Source: Octopus bimaculoides (taxonomy: Eukaryota). From it: DNA of 61,849 bases. Each line of letters starts with the position of its first letter. The first letter of the stretch is position 1. Below, piece after piece: positions 25,181-37,759 of this stretch. The DNA is taken from positions 19,677,167-19,739,015 of the forward strand of contig NC_068981.1 in assembly GCF_001194135.2 (NCBI RefSeq), in the 5' to 3' direction. Under the pieces are notes generated by a model. That model searched no databases. It saw nothing but the letters and a program-made list of their open reading frames with translations, and was not told the DNA's origin. The translations under genes and the position numbers were made by a program.

Positions 25181-26690
25181 TAATATTTGATGGCCGATTT
25201 ATTTAGACGTTTTTTTTTTTACGAATTGCTCTTCAAAGCTCTGGATTTCACCAAGTTTCAAACGAATGAATTATGAATTTATTTTCATTTATGCAGGCTG
25301 GAAGCATCTTACAAATCTGCTTACACAGGATTAAGACAAAAAGTGTCTGTTTTTAGACAAATATTATTTTCTTCTTATTTTGTCTATATACAGATACAAT
25401 ATCGTGTCACAGAACATCCAACAAAGCAAACAAGCTGAAGGTGAACGTAACTCAACGGAATTGAAATAACATACGAAATAACAAAAACGATCTCTTTTGT
25501 AGCAAAATGCAATATCGAGAAAAGATTGTTCGTATCACTAGAGAGAGTTATTTGGGGGGGATATGTTAGGCAAAAACATCAACAACTCTAATGATGACGG
25601 CAAACCCTACACACACACACACGCACACATACGCACAAAGAAATTTTGCAAATCGAAAACGGTATTGTATTTAAGTGGTAGACTAACCTCGTTCTCAGCA
25701 ACGCGATTTACAACAGACGAACTTTAGATAAGAAGTATTTGGCTGAAAGAGAAACAGTGTGGCTGAACTGCGTAACGATAAAAACTAATGCATTCACTCG
25801 AAACAATACATTCAAGCTCAAGAAAGAAAGAATGTAATCTGTTTGTGCATTGTCAAGGCTTTGCCTCTCAAACAATGGTAGGTGGTGGTTCCAGTTGATA
25901 CACGAAGTGGCGACTATATTGGTGAGGAAATTCATATGGAACTATATGCATTGGTTCTAAAAATGACAATGAAGCAATGAGACAAGAGTAAGAGCGTCAC
26001 ACCTCTGCATATTAGTGAATCTTCCAATGTGTAATAAAGAAAAGTGGTGACGGAAACTTACGTGGCTCTCTATGAAAGACACCATAGACACCTTTGGCCT
26101 TTGCATCGTTGTAGATTTCTTGGAACAATATGAGCTGATAGTCAACATTATCTTAACTTATGGCAATATGTGATCGAGTGAGATCTCGGTGGACATACAA
26201 ATCCTGGTGTCCTCTGAAGACGTCAAGATAATTCCAGAGCTGTATCCAGTGCTGGATTCCGAGAGAAAGATTTCAGGTTGCTTGTGCAAGGCAGAAATCT
26301 CAATTGCTAGACATGTGGCAGTAATGATAATTTAAGAAAAGCTTGAGAAAATGAAAAGATAAAAACCTCAGGCAGCAATGGCAGCAACAGGCCACAAGGA
26401 CTACTGTTCTCAAAGCACCAGAGATTGCAGCTTTAGAAATATCGGAAGTTAGAACATCGTCCTTGATTCCATAAGCTGACCGGTAGCCAAGTGATCCACC
26501 AATAACTAACAGCCTCATCCCATCGAAATACGAAAATAAAAGGAAGGAGAAATTAGCTGATAAGGAAAACTACTGAAGATAGGATAGCGGGAAATGGTAT
26601 TAAATCAGGAAAAGAACACAATCCAATGGAAGGCATGCAAAAAGTGTGAGGAGTCCACCTCTCAAACACCTCACATTGTGCAACAAGCTG

Positions 26691-26780
<90 letters not shown>
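26691..26780. repeat. (AAT)n microsatellite
   Basis: Direct reading. Confidence 0.95.
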
Positions 26781-26969
26781 GGAGGTATAAAAGATCTACA
26801 CAAATAATTCATGTCGATAGGCTCCGATTATGCATCATAGGCGAAACACAGGATTTTAACGGAATCCGACTTACAATGCTCCGAAGAACACTATGTATAC
26901 CATTACCAGAACATTGGCCACACAAACATCGAAATTGCTCACAAGCACTATTCTAACGAGTAATTTTGT

Positions 26970-27316
26970 GTTCAAGTCATCGAGAGGTCGACTTTACCTT
27001 TCAATAACTTCGGGGTCAATAAAATGAGTACCAGTCAGGTGCAGGTGTGAATGTAATCGACTAGTCCCCTCCCATCAAATTCCCGGTTTTGTGCCTATAG
27101 TAGAAAGAATTTGACAGAACCGTTAGCACGCCGGACAAAATGCTGAGAGGCATTTTATCTGTATTTACGTCCTGAATTCAAATTCTGCCGAGGTCGACTT
27201 TGCCTTTCATCCTTTCGGGGTCGATAAATTAAGTACCATTAAAACACTGGGATCGATGTAATCGACTGTCCCCCGCCCCCAAAATTTCAGGGTTTGTACC
27301 TATAGTAGAAAGGATT
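26970..27316 (+). mobile_element. SINE family B, partial arm plus full arm in tandem
   Basis: GAGGTCGACTTT..GGGGTCAATAAA arm followed directly by GACAGAACCGTTAGCACGCCGG arm. Confidence 0.85.
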
Positions 27317-27686
27317 CTTTTTTTGTTTTCCTCTTAGTGCCGTATTCTATGTATACTTCCCTTCTTTAATGTATACCGTGCATACTTTCCCTTTATTTCA
27401 TCGTTTCATAATATGTAAACCTGCACACATTATGCCTATCTTTGTATTGTCATCTTTCGCCCTGGTAGCAAATAAAAGAAATCATTATTATTTTTTTATA
27501 ACCTTTGTATGCTATACATATGTCCCTTCTTTTTCAGTATATACCGTATACTTACTTTAATTTTTTCTTTTTATCATTTCATTATTACATGTAAACCTAC
27601 ACACTTTATGTCTGTCTCTGTTTTGTCCCCCTCATCCTTCGCCCTTGTGGCAAATAAATGAAATTATTATTATTATTATTATTATT

Positions 27687-27724
<38 letters not shown>

Positions 27725-27727
<3 letters not shown>

Positions 27728-28075
27728 CAGCTGGGAATGACAGCGAAACGGGCTGATTACTACCTAGCTCAGATACCAGGAAACCCCAAAATGGCTGAAG
27801 TTCAAAAGATAGTGCTCATGGGAACTGCCCATATCCTACGTAAAATATTGTCTATGTGATCTCAAATTTTAAAACAAACGCATAATTTTCTTATGGTTTC
27901 TTAAACATTCTCTAGAACAACACTATGTACAAATCCAAATATATGGTACCCTAGGCATAACACCTACATGAACTTCTAACTTGTTGTCTCTTGAGGTCTC
28001 TGGGTGAGACTTGGATCCAACTTGTACAAATGCAAAGCAAAAGTCAAACATAAAATAATAATAATAATAATAATT
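27725..28075 (+). mobile_element. 5'-truncated R4/Dong-like LINE 3' end with (AAT)n tail
   Basis: ADYYLAQIPGNPKMAEVQKIVLMGTAHILRKILSM*, then a 3' UTR and (AAT)n; (AAT)n also lies upstream. Confidence 0.85.
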
Positions 28076-28289
28076 ATCATCATCGTTTTCAACATTATTT
28101 TATTATATATCATGCACTGTTCGAGAGATACATCACCAGTTTTTTTCTTACGCAAAAGCAATTACACACACACACATACACACACACACATACACACACA
28201 CACATACACACACACATACACACACACACATACACACACACACATACACACACTGAAAACATGCATAGAATTCTTCAAGATGAAATACG

Positions 28290-28620
28290 CTGCGTGAGAA
28301 TACCTTAATATTTACGGACCCTAACGTTGCTATTTTGAGGATCTTTCCCATTTGTATTTTGTTGGTATCCCATTGATGTCGTAACTGGACCGATTGTCTC
28401 TCTTTCCAATTGTATCAATTGCCTTCATTAACGGCCATATTGTTTTACATTCAATAGCTAAGACAGTGTAATTCTTCGGCCTTTTTAGCTCACTTCTGCA
28501 CAACATTATAATCATTTAGTATTGCAATGTCGATTATTAATACACTATTGTCATTTTGTCATGGAGGATGATGTCAAGTTTATTATGCGCTATCTAACTG
28601 GAAACCTAACTAATATTCCA
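28290..28620 (-). mobile_element. R4-like RLE domain relic
   Basis: Minus: VLIIDIAILNDYNVVQK..KNYTVLAIECKTIW..ILKIATLGSVNI. Confidence 0.6.
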
Positions 28621-28823
28621 TACTATCTTTGAAATAATAATAATGATTTCTAATATTGGCACAATGCTACAGATTTTGTAGATTGAAACAGTCGATACAT
28701 ATTTTATGGACCTCTGAGAGAGAAGAAAAGCAAATTCGATATGGCGAAATTGAAGCTCTAAGCGCAAAGTAACATAATTAAATACCGAGAAAGCATTCTT
28801 CCCATGCTCCACCGATTCCATAA

Positions 28824-28869
28824 TAATAACAACTACTACTACTGCTGCAGCTGCTGCTGTTTCTGCTGT

Positions 28870-28920
<51 letters not shown>

Positions 28921-28964
28921 AACTACTGCTGCTGCTACTACTACTACTACTACTACAACTGCTG

Positions 28965-29006
<42 letters not shown>

Positions 29007-29015
29007 TTGCTACTG

Positions 29016-29073
<58 letters not shown>

Positions 29074-29075
29074 AT
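28824..29075. repeat. (TAC)n/(TGC)n compound trinucleotide array
   Basis: Direct reading. Confidence 0.95.
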
Positions 29076-29453
29076 CAATAATAATAGTAATGAGAAGGAA
29101 GCGACAGAGGAGGCAGAGACCTTTTATTTTCCATTGGGACGTCGCACGAAGTCAATATTACAAAGACAGATTACAATGTATGTGAATTTATATAAAATCG
29201 AATGAGATAAAAAAAGGTAAGGTGAAATGAGATGAAAAGTATACATGGTATACAAAATAAATGAATACAATGATGGTCTTCAGTCCTCCTGATGCAAGTG
29301 AGTCTCCAATAAAGGTCAACCAATGAGCCATCGCAAATCCATGAGCGATCTGACCGACGTCCAATCTAAAGGCGCATGCTAAGAGTAGTGTCATTCATTC
29401 TAATCTTTTTCTCCCCAACCACCTATTTGTAGATTGGAAAACAATAGCTGAGC

Positions 29454-29489
29454 GAAAGAAAGAAAGAAAGAAAGAAAGGAAAGAAGGAA

Positions 29490-29559
<70 letters not shown>
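29454..29559. repeat. (AAAG)n microsatellite
   Basis: Direct reading. Confidence 0.95.
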
Positions 29560-29619
29560 GCGTGTTTGCTTCACATACACCTTCTTTTTCGAGTGAAACA
29601 TGAAGCAGCCAATAACAGC

Positions 29620-30045
29620 TTGACAAAAGTATTTGCCCTCAGCCCTCGGCACAAACTCTTTCGTCATAGCCACCAGAGGAAAGCTGCCTGGCCAAGTCTA
29701 TTAAAGGCGGAAGAAAGGGCGATCTTCACAGTATAGTCACCTGATACCCGTCCTAAATGTACAGCAGCTGTTCAACAAAACTACACAAGTGAGCAATGTC
29801 TGAATACTGCACGAGAACGTACAGAAAGACTTCCACGATCTGCGCATATTTTGGACAAATCCTCCTGGTGGTACTTCCGTTCTTGTGAGTTTGTATCGAA
29901 CTGTTAGTGCCTCTTGATAGAACTGCCAAGCTAAGAATTTCTGAAAATTATCCATAATAGACACCGGTCTGGAAGTCCTCCCCATTGGACCAACCAGTTT
30001 GTCCTTGGCGACGCCTACACTTGTCCTAAGTACCATCATTTTTAC
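29620..30045 (-). mobile_element. Tx1/L1-clade LINE C-terminal (zf-RVT) relic
   Basis: LAWQFYQEALTVRYKL, then after a frameshift RICPKYAQIVEVFLYVLVQYSDIAHLCSFVEQLL; resembles the 'LAW...ALPVRxKL...CPxC...E...H.L..C' zf-RVT pattern. Confidence 0.55.
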
Positions 30046-30070
30046 TAAATACTAGGATGGCAGCAGCGGA

Positions 30071-30117
30071 TCGTCAGACTCGGGTATTTCGATCTCATTT
30101 GGCCTCATCAGTGATGA
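30071..30117 (-). ncRNA. Degenerate hammerhead-ribozyme-like motif
   Basis: Minus: UCAUCA-CUGAUGA-GGCC AAAUGA GAUC-GAAAU ACCCGA GUC-UGACGA. Core and GUC triplet intact, stems imperfect. Confidence 0.4.
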
Positions 30118-30369
30118 ACACGCTCGAACATTCTTAGATAAGTCGGAACTTACATTCCAATATAGAGATAAACAAACTAAATATATGATTATATATTTTG
30201 TTTGCTTATAATAATAATGCAGAAGCTGTCCTCGTTAAAAATTACTCAAGATAAAATATAATGATAAAAACAAACAGTAACCGCAGATGCAGACAATGGA
30301 ACCAGTACAATGTGACGGTTGATTATCTCTGATAGTTCAGTCCTTTCTAAGCCCCTCTATACAGAGAAA

Positions 30370-30825
30370 ACATGATCGTGCTGGCGGCTATGTTCACAGG
30401 CCAATATGCTGACACTTCAACTCGAAACCACATAAGACGTGGGATAACAATTTACCAAATATGATATATGCAAATGTACGCAATCATTTGGGGCATGCCT
30501 GTTCAAACCGACAAAAATATCGAAGCCAACCGTCCTGATACAATGAACGACTGAAGTGAAAACACCTGCGCGCTCACATCTCGATCCCTTCTAATGAAAA
30601 CTGCGCGAAATGAAGTGGAGAAATTATCCAAATACAACGATATCGAAATGGAAATAAATGGGATGTGGGACATGAACGTAAAAACAATAGCAGTAATAAT
30701 TGGAGCATTAGGTATGATAAAAGAGATTATGAACAAAACTATACGAGCTATCCCAGAGCTCACAAGTTTACACACAGACAAAAGAATATTCCACTAAGGA
30801 CAGCCCATATCATGCAATAACCTTT
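30370..30825 (+). mobile_element. R4/Dong-like LINE RLE domain relic
   Basis: HDRAGGYVH, IIWGMPVQTDKNIEANRPD, EKLSKYNDIEMEINGMW..IAVIIGALGMIK; PD-(D/E)xK RLE region. Confidence 0.85.
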
Positions 30826-30829
30826 CAAT

Positions 30830-31200
30830 TCAGATGCACAAGTCAAACAATACGCTCTCTGCGCATACTCTATACAATCACCAACCAATAAAATACCTCA
30901 GCTTACATAATTAATACTCTGTATAACACTACACTACACACATTCGTATATAACCGATACCCGATATCATACCACCAACAGATCACAGAACTTATATAAT
31001 ACAAACTGCAATCCATAAATATTACACAAATCACATACAACATGCTATTCAAAAACTTAACTCACACAGCACATACAAGATACAGATTCTACTCAACAAA
31101 ATAACACAGCTCACATTGCAAATACATTATACAACAGACGAAACACTAGCAATAACAAACAAGAAGCTCACAATGATGTAAAGCCGAGAGTATACAAACG
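30830..31200 (+). mobile_element. C/A-rich I/Jockey-like LINE relic
   Basis: Composition and fragments (LYNTTLH, HTTCYSK) resemble the family at 41340 and 50500; very decayed. Confidence 0.3.
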
Positions 31201-31423
31201 TATCCATAAGAAACAATGCTGCAAATGGAGGAACATCTGATGCTGCGTGAGAAATTACACGGAATAGTTTTTTTAAAAGATTCTTTCTAAATTTGGCACA
31301 AGGCCGGCAATTTTAAGGCAAGGTTATAAATCAATTGCATCGACCCCCCAGCACTTGGCTGGTACTTCATTCTACTGAGCCTGAAAGGATGGTGCAAAGT
31401 ATTTTGTCCTCCGAGCTAACGTA

Positions 31424-31539
<116 letters not shown>

Positions 31540-31789
31540 AAATGTCCTGATGCAGTACCAAACAGAGGCTCTCATGGATTCTGATCTTAACTCATTGGAA
31601 GTGTTATCAATGTACATTGTTTCATCTTGGTATAAAAGATGGACTACAGCAAATATTCTGCTCAGTACCACAGATTTGTTCGTCAGTTGTTTGACCTTAA
31701 TAGCTGACGATATGTGCATCTCTGATGCTATGGTGTAGGGGGACATCATAGTCATGTCTTGAGAGGAATTCTTTGGGGTTTGGATTAAT

Positions 31790-31976
31790 TCACCTCTGGA
31801 AACATGGGTGTTTCATTCAACACCCTTAAACATACCTTATCCAGAAAGTTAGTATTTGACCAGAGCAATAAACGGTATGAGCATGAACCTGGCAAAGTAA
31901 TAGAAAGTAAGAAATATAAGATGGTGTGGGACTTTGACATTCAGACTGACAGAGAAATAGAAGCTAAAAGCCTGAT
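31790..31976 (+). mobile_element. R4-like LINE fragment (5' of the RLE PD motif)
   Basis: NKRYEHEPGKVIESKKYKMVWDFDIQTDREIEAK. Confidence 0.8.
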
Positions 31977-32166
31977 TGTTGTTGGCACTCCGTCGCTTAC
32001 GACGTCGAGGGTTCCAGTCGATCCGATCAACGGAACAGCCTGCTCGTGAAATTAATGTGCAAGTGGCTAAGCACTCCACAGACACGTGTACCCTTAACGT
32101 AGTTCTCGGGGATATTCAGCGTGACACAGTGTGACAAGGCTGGCCCTTTGAAATACAGCGACAACA
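31977..32166 (-). mobile_element. SINE family A, 3' half only
   Basis: Near identical to 2578-2750. Confidence 0.9.
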
Positions 32167-32167
32167 A

Positions 32168-32443
32168 CCCTCCTAAGTATCCTAACTGTCCCTAATAACA
32201 CTGTTTTCTGCAGCTGTACTAAACTGGGTTTTCTATTTCCTCTATCCATCTGTTCAAATCATTAGGGATAATTCCTAGTGCCCCTATAACTTTCCCTCAC
32301 TTTCCATAGTCAATGCCTAGGTCCTGGTACTTTGCTATTTTTTCTTTACCTCTCATATTAATTTTCTCATCATACGGGACTGTAAAGTCAGTTATCTGGC
32401 ACGTTCTATTCACTTTATTTACTACTACTCTATCAGGCCTTTT
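32168..32443 (-). mobile_element. R4-like LINE C-terminus (continuation of 31790-31976, inverted)
   Basis: Minus: KRPDRVVVNKVNRTCQITDFTVPYDEK..IAKYQDL..VIGALGIIP..LQKTVLLGTVRILRR. Confidence 0.85.
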
Positions 32444-32449
32444 GTGGAT

Positions 32450-32880
32450 CTGGCAGTAACATTAGCACGCCGGACGAAATGCTAAGCGGTATTTCGTCTG
32501 CCGCTACGATCTGAGTTCAAATTCCGCCGAGGTTGACTTTGCCTTTCATCCTTCGGGGTCGATTAAATAAGTACTAGTTACGCATTGGGGTCGATATAAT
32601 CGACTTAATCCGTTTGTCTATCCTTGTTTGTCTGTTTGTCCCCTGTAAGGTTAGCCTCTTGTGGGCAGTAAAGAAATAAGAAACGTTAGCTCGCCGGGCG
32701 AAATGCTTAGCGGTATTTCATCTGTCTTTACGTTCGGAGTTCAAATTCCGCCGAGGTCGACTTTGCCTTTCATCCGTTCAGGGTCGATAAATTAAGTATC
32801 AGTTGAGTACTGGGGTCAATCTAATCGACTGGCTCCCTCCCCAAAAATTTCGGGCTTTGTACCTAGAGAAGAAAGAAAAG
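32450..32880 (+). mobile_element. SINE family B dimer
   Basis: Same two-arm structure as 23427-23854. Confidence 0.9.
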
Positions 32881-33356
32881 AATATTGCTTGACATTATTA
32901 GTTGTCCATTTTTGCTATAGCCTTAGTTTTATAGTGTAGCTGTTTGAAATACAATCCAATTTCACGGGAAAACTTCGATTTATTACCTTCTGTACGACCA
33001 TAGCCAATAGAGGTATGTAACAGGTAAAAGTAATGGGCAACATTGATAATTGCCTTCTTAAACTACACTCTGACACTAATTAGTTTCCTTACCACATTCG
33101 CTTGTTCGGGATGTACAGCTGTTAAATGTCAAACTTAATGAGTAAAATTTGATGACGCATTAGAATACTTCCAATGTTACGGGCTTTCGAGTTTCGTTCT
33201 GCTATGTTCCGGACCAAAATTAGGAAACCATACGTTATGGCTGGCACCGTAGATCTACTCATGGAAAAGATGAGTGATATTTTCATTATTTAAGCGAGAA
33301 TTTAAAGTTTTAACTGTCAAGCTGTTTCTTCCTTAATCTCTTCTATGAGGTTTTCA

Positions 33357-33410
<54 letters not shown>

Positions 33411-33824
33411 CGCACACATTACACTACACACTACACACGCTACACTACATTCACCCACTACGTAGGCCACACAAACATATAAGCAGAATTTTACTCTCAT
33501 CTATGCGCGAATACTTATAGACGGTAGAATTATTTAACTCCTGTTTAGTTCAACGATCATCATAACTAGAAAGACCCGTGTAAATTCTACAGTGTAAGTC
33601 AGCATATTTGAAAACGTAATGTAAATATATTAGACGCAAGCAAAGAATTTCAAAAAATCCTTTTGAAATCCTGCCATTTAATCAAAATTACTTTTAAATA
33701 TAATCGAAAGGAACTTATAAGGTATTGTTTATTTATCTTCTTGTAATATGTTTCTCAATTATGGCGTACTTTATGGTTCAAGGAAATAAAAGATGGATTA
33801 AAACGATAAAACTCATTCACATAT

Positions 33825-34017
33825 AGGCACAGGCATGGGTGTGTGGTAAGAACTTTGCTTCCCATCCATATGGTTCCTTGTTCAGACCCACAGCTTGACA
33901 CCTTGTCTTCTGCTATAGCCTCGGTCTAACCAAAACCTTATTAGAGGATTTGGTAGATGGAAACTGAAATAAACACATTGTATAGATAGGTAAATAGATA
34001 GATAGATAGATAGGTAA

Positions 34018-34084
<67 letters not shown>

Positions 34085-34332
34085 CGTATGTGTCTTTGTG
34101 TATGTATTTGTCCCCCACTACCGCTTGACAACCAGTGTTGGCGTTTACGTCCCTGTAACCTGGCGGTTCGACCAGAGAGGTGAATAATATAAGAACCAAG
34201 CTTTAAAAAAGTAAGTACTAGGGTCGATTCGTTCGACTAAAGATTCTTCAAGGCAGTACCCCAACATAGCCGCATTCTAATGACTGCGGCTATGTTGGGG
34301 TACTGCCTAATGACTGAGACAGGTAAAAGGTA
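33825..34332 (+). mobile_element. SINE family C with internal (GATA)n and a 3' inverted duplication
   Basis: Head, core and 3' end align to the 34470 copy; (GATA)n at about 33981-34083. Confidence 0.85.
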
Positions 34333-34469
34333 TGCATAAAAAGAAAAAAATATACTTTTCGTTGTTCATCCACCACCAAGGCTCAATGCAAGTTATTCAC
34401 CATTTGAGATTACTTTTGATTTCTTTTCATGTCTCTATCTGTCTCGGTAGAATCTGATACATCATTTTC

Positions 34470-34858
34470 AGGTGCAGGAGTGGCTGTGTGATAAGTAGCT
34501 TGCTTACCAGCCACATGGTTCCGGGTTCATTCCCACTGCGTGGCACCTTGGGAAAGTGTCTTCTACTATAGCCTCGGGCCGACCAAAGCCTTGTGAGTGG
34601 ATTTCATAGACGGAAACTGAAATGTGTGTGTGTGTGTGTGTCTGTATCTGTGTTTGTCCCCCCAACATCGCTTGACAACCGATGCTGGTGTGTTTACGTC
34701 CCCGTGACATTAGCGGTTCGGCAAGAGAGACCGATAGAATAAGTACTCGGCTTACAAAGAATAAGTCCTGGGGTCGATTTGCTCGACTAAAGGCGGTGCT
34801 CCAGCATGGCCGCAGTCAAATGACGGAAACAAATAAAAGAATAAAAGAATAAAAGAAT
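34470..34858 (+). mobile_element. SINE family C, full length
   Basis: GGAGTGGCTGTGTG head, CCGGGTTCATTCCC, internal (TG)n, (ATAAAAGA)n tail. Confidence 0.92.
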
Positions 34859-34904
34859 GTCAGCTACCTATCTATTTGTATATATGTTAATATATCTATT
34901 TTAG

Positions 34905-35112
34905 TCCGCGAGCTGACAGAATATCAGCAGGCCGGGCAAAACGCTTAGCGGCATTTCGTCTGTCTTTACTTTCGGGGCTGAAATTCCGCCGAGATCGATT
35001 TTGCCTTTCATCTTTCTAGGGTCGATAGAATATACACCAGTTGAGCGCTGTTTGATATAATCGATTTACCCTGTCACCCGAAATTGCTGAATTTGAAGTA
35101 AAATTTGAAACC
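34905..35112 (+). mobile_element. Diverged SINE family B arm
   Basis: CGAGCTGACAGAA..CTTAGCGGCATTTCGTCTG..AAATTCCGCCGAG. Confidence 0.75.
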
Positions 35113-35480
35113 AATATATCTCTTTATCTGCATATCTACTGATATATCTTAAGAATCACCTATGTACCCACCTATCTACCTATCTATCTATCTATCTATC
35201 TGTCTGTCTATCGCATCTACTTTCCTATCTGCCGATGTAAGTATTTGTGTGCTTTCATAATACCAATAATGGCGATGCTCTTGGATGACCACGGCCTTTT
35301 GTCTGGATTACATAAAGGATAAAAATGTAACACCCGCAACTATTTGTTAACTATGATCTTTTCACTTAATTCAACTATCTAACGATATATGTTTTAATAC
35401 ATAAATTTATAGATCTTCAGATCTTCATTATATCAAACATTTTCGGCTGTAGCTGCGATTTGAACACACAAATGCAGAAT

Positions 35481-35544
<64 letters not shown>

Positions 35545-35914
35545 ATGTTTTGTCTTTCAAATTTTTCAAATTTTTTCACCAATTCCACAATTTCCGTTGT
35601 GTCTACTTTGTCTCCCTTTCTTTCCCTTTTCTTTCCACATCCATCTTTCTCCATTCAAGTTATCTTCCTTGGCATGGGCGTAACACACGGACAAAATTAG
35701 ACGCTCGACAGGAACACCGAGATTAACATAATAGAAGGCTCTTTACACCTTCGATTCCATTCCCGCCAGGGTCGAAGTTGCTTTTCGTCTCTCTGAGATC
35801 TAGAAAAGAAATTTATCTGTAAAGAAGAAATGTATCAGTAAAGTACTGAGAACGATTGTATCGATTTAACACCTCCCTTTGAAATTGTTGGTTTTGTCCT
35901 TTATTTAGCAACCG

Positions 35915-36085
35915 GTGATCGGGCAGAATTCTTAGTGAGTCGGACAAAAATACTTAGCAGCATCCTTCCTGCTTTTTTAAGGCTCTGAATTCAAATTCCG
36001 CCTTTGATCCTTTCGGGGTCGACAAAATAAAGTAATCGCCAAGTACTGGGATCGACAGCATTGACTTACCTTAAAACTGCTAACC
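35915..36085 (+). mobile_element. Diverged SINE family B arm
   Basis: GGCAGAAT..CTTAGCAGC..GAATTCAAATTCCGCC..CCTTTCGGGGTCGAC. Confidence 0.65.
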
Positions 36086-36142
36086 GTTTCTCTTTTTTAT
36101 CGTTTTATCATTTCATTGCATGTTGTTGTGTCTCGTCGACAC

Positions 36143-36392
36143 TGTTATATCCTTCTTTGAACTCACTGTATATGCCACCTTATAAAGTGGACTTATAACA
36201 TGGTTATAAGAATGCAAATATCAATCAGAAACAACACGTAACCAATAATATCTCTTCTGAACGACTTCTACGACTGTCTTCACAAAGTGCCTGCACGCAC
36301 CACACTGTCCTTCAGTGACAGTGAGCAAGTGCCTTTATACAGTTTGGGACAGTTGACTTGCTATCCCACAAGGGTGTCAGGGTTTCACCACA
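36143..36392 (-). mobile_element. Putative 3' LTR (about 250 bp) of a Gypsy element
   Basis: On the minus strand it starts TGTGGTG directly after a PPT and ends ...GGATATAACA; TATA-like GTATAAAGG inside. No second copy in the window, so the end is inferred. Confidence 0.6.
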
Positions 36393-36403
36393 TTTCCCCT
36401 TTT
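36393..36403 (-). other. Polypurine tract AAAAGGGGAAA
   Basis: Directly abuts the TG of the putative LTR, downstream of integrase. Confidence 0.65.
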
Positions 36404-36559
36404 GAGTTTGACTTTCGTTGGAAGCCAATATTTTTTAATATTTTCTTTATTATCACCTCCCCACTATTTTTTTTTCAAATTCCCCGGGAAGAAATTGGAA
36501 TATTTTTTCGTTTTGGGTTTACTTGCAAAAGTTCTGTTTCCTTTTTTTTCCCTAGTCGC

Positions 36560-37745
36560 TGTACTCGTTGGTTCAATTATTCCTTGTCGCATCAGAACGT
36601 CAAATATGTCATAAAGAAATTCTAGAGGCTCTTCATGTCTTATTCTTTCTTCCGTAAACCTTTTTTTTCAGTTGGTTTAGGTGTCTCTCGTGTTCCCACG
36701 TATGACCTTTTACCATGTACACTATTCCTAAACGTTTACTTATTATACCTTCTTCCCAACTTTCCTTTCCGTTTCTGTATATTGAAAAAAAACTTTGACA
36801 CCGATTTTGAAGTATTTCCCCTTATTTTCGGTGTTTCTTTCCATTTTTTCTTTTCTTCCCGGAAGTAATTTGCCAAACACTGACCTGAATTTCCTGGCGA
36901 ACATTAGTTCAGCCGGTGACATACCTGAAGTGGTGTTGGGGTTAGATGTTATTTGGTAGACACTAAAGAGTTGCGTCAATGCAGTATCAGCTAGTAGTTC
37001 ATTTCCATATTTTTTCAGCGCCCTCTTAAACGTGTCTACGAAACATTCCACTAGTCCATTCGATCTTGGATGGTATGGCAGAATAGTAATATGCTCCATT
37101 TACATGCATTTTGCAAAAGTTTTTAAATTCCTTTGATGTAAACTGTGTTCCGTTATCGGACACTATAGTGTCTGGGACGCCATATCGCGCAAAAAGTTCA
37201 TCCAGAAATTCCATTGTTACTTTGGTGGTTGGCTTCCTACATTTACATATTTCCGACCATTTCGTGTAACTATCCACGACTACTAGATAATACTCTCCAT
37301 TTAGCGGTCCAGCGAAGTCTATGTGTAATCTTGACCAGGGTACGTCAGTGTTTGGCCAAGGTGGTGCCTTTGCTGCCAGGGCACAACTCCTGCAGGCTTT
37401 CACAAATTTTTCAGTACCCTGATCCATATTTGATGAGTAAACATAGCTTCTCATCAATGCTTTCATTCTCACGATTCCTGAGTGTCCCATGTGGAATTCT
37501 TTTAACATACGGTTTTGCAAAGAAACAGGTATTACAACCTTCTGAGCGCTGCAACTGAGATACCCCTTTTCGATCCGTAATTTGATAACAAAGGATGGTG
37601 ATCTGTTTGCAGACTGTATTTCCTTCCATGTATGAATTTGTGAAATTTTTTCACCGCAAAGATAATGGTTAATGCTTCCTTCCCAATTTGGCTGTAGATT
37701 TTTTCAGCCGCCAACAATGAACGTGAAGCATGAAGTAAAATGCAT
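36560..37745 (-). mobile_element. Ty3/Gypsy relic 1 (K02A2.6/Mag-like): RNase H plus integrase, frameshifted
   Basis: HASRSLLAAEKIYSQIGKEAL..TDHHPL; HMGHSGIVRMK..CRSC; WSRLHIDFAGP..DSYTKW..SDNGTQF; PYHPRSNGLVECF. Confidence 0.92.
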
Positions 37746-37759
37746 GTCTGCCTTAATTG

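Noticed and set aside
25960-26580. Complex sequence, possibly another R4-like relic
   Set aside because: Only a vague QQWQ match; cannot be assigned without a search.
28804-29205. Tyr/Cys-rich 133-aa ORF resembling a structural protein
   Set aside because: Pure (TAC)/(TGC) repeat expansion, TTG start, no splice or domain evidence.
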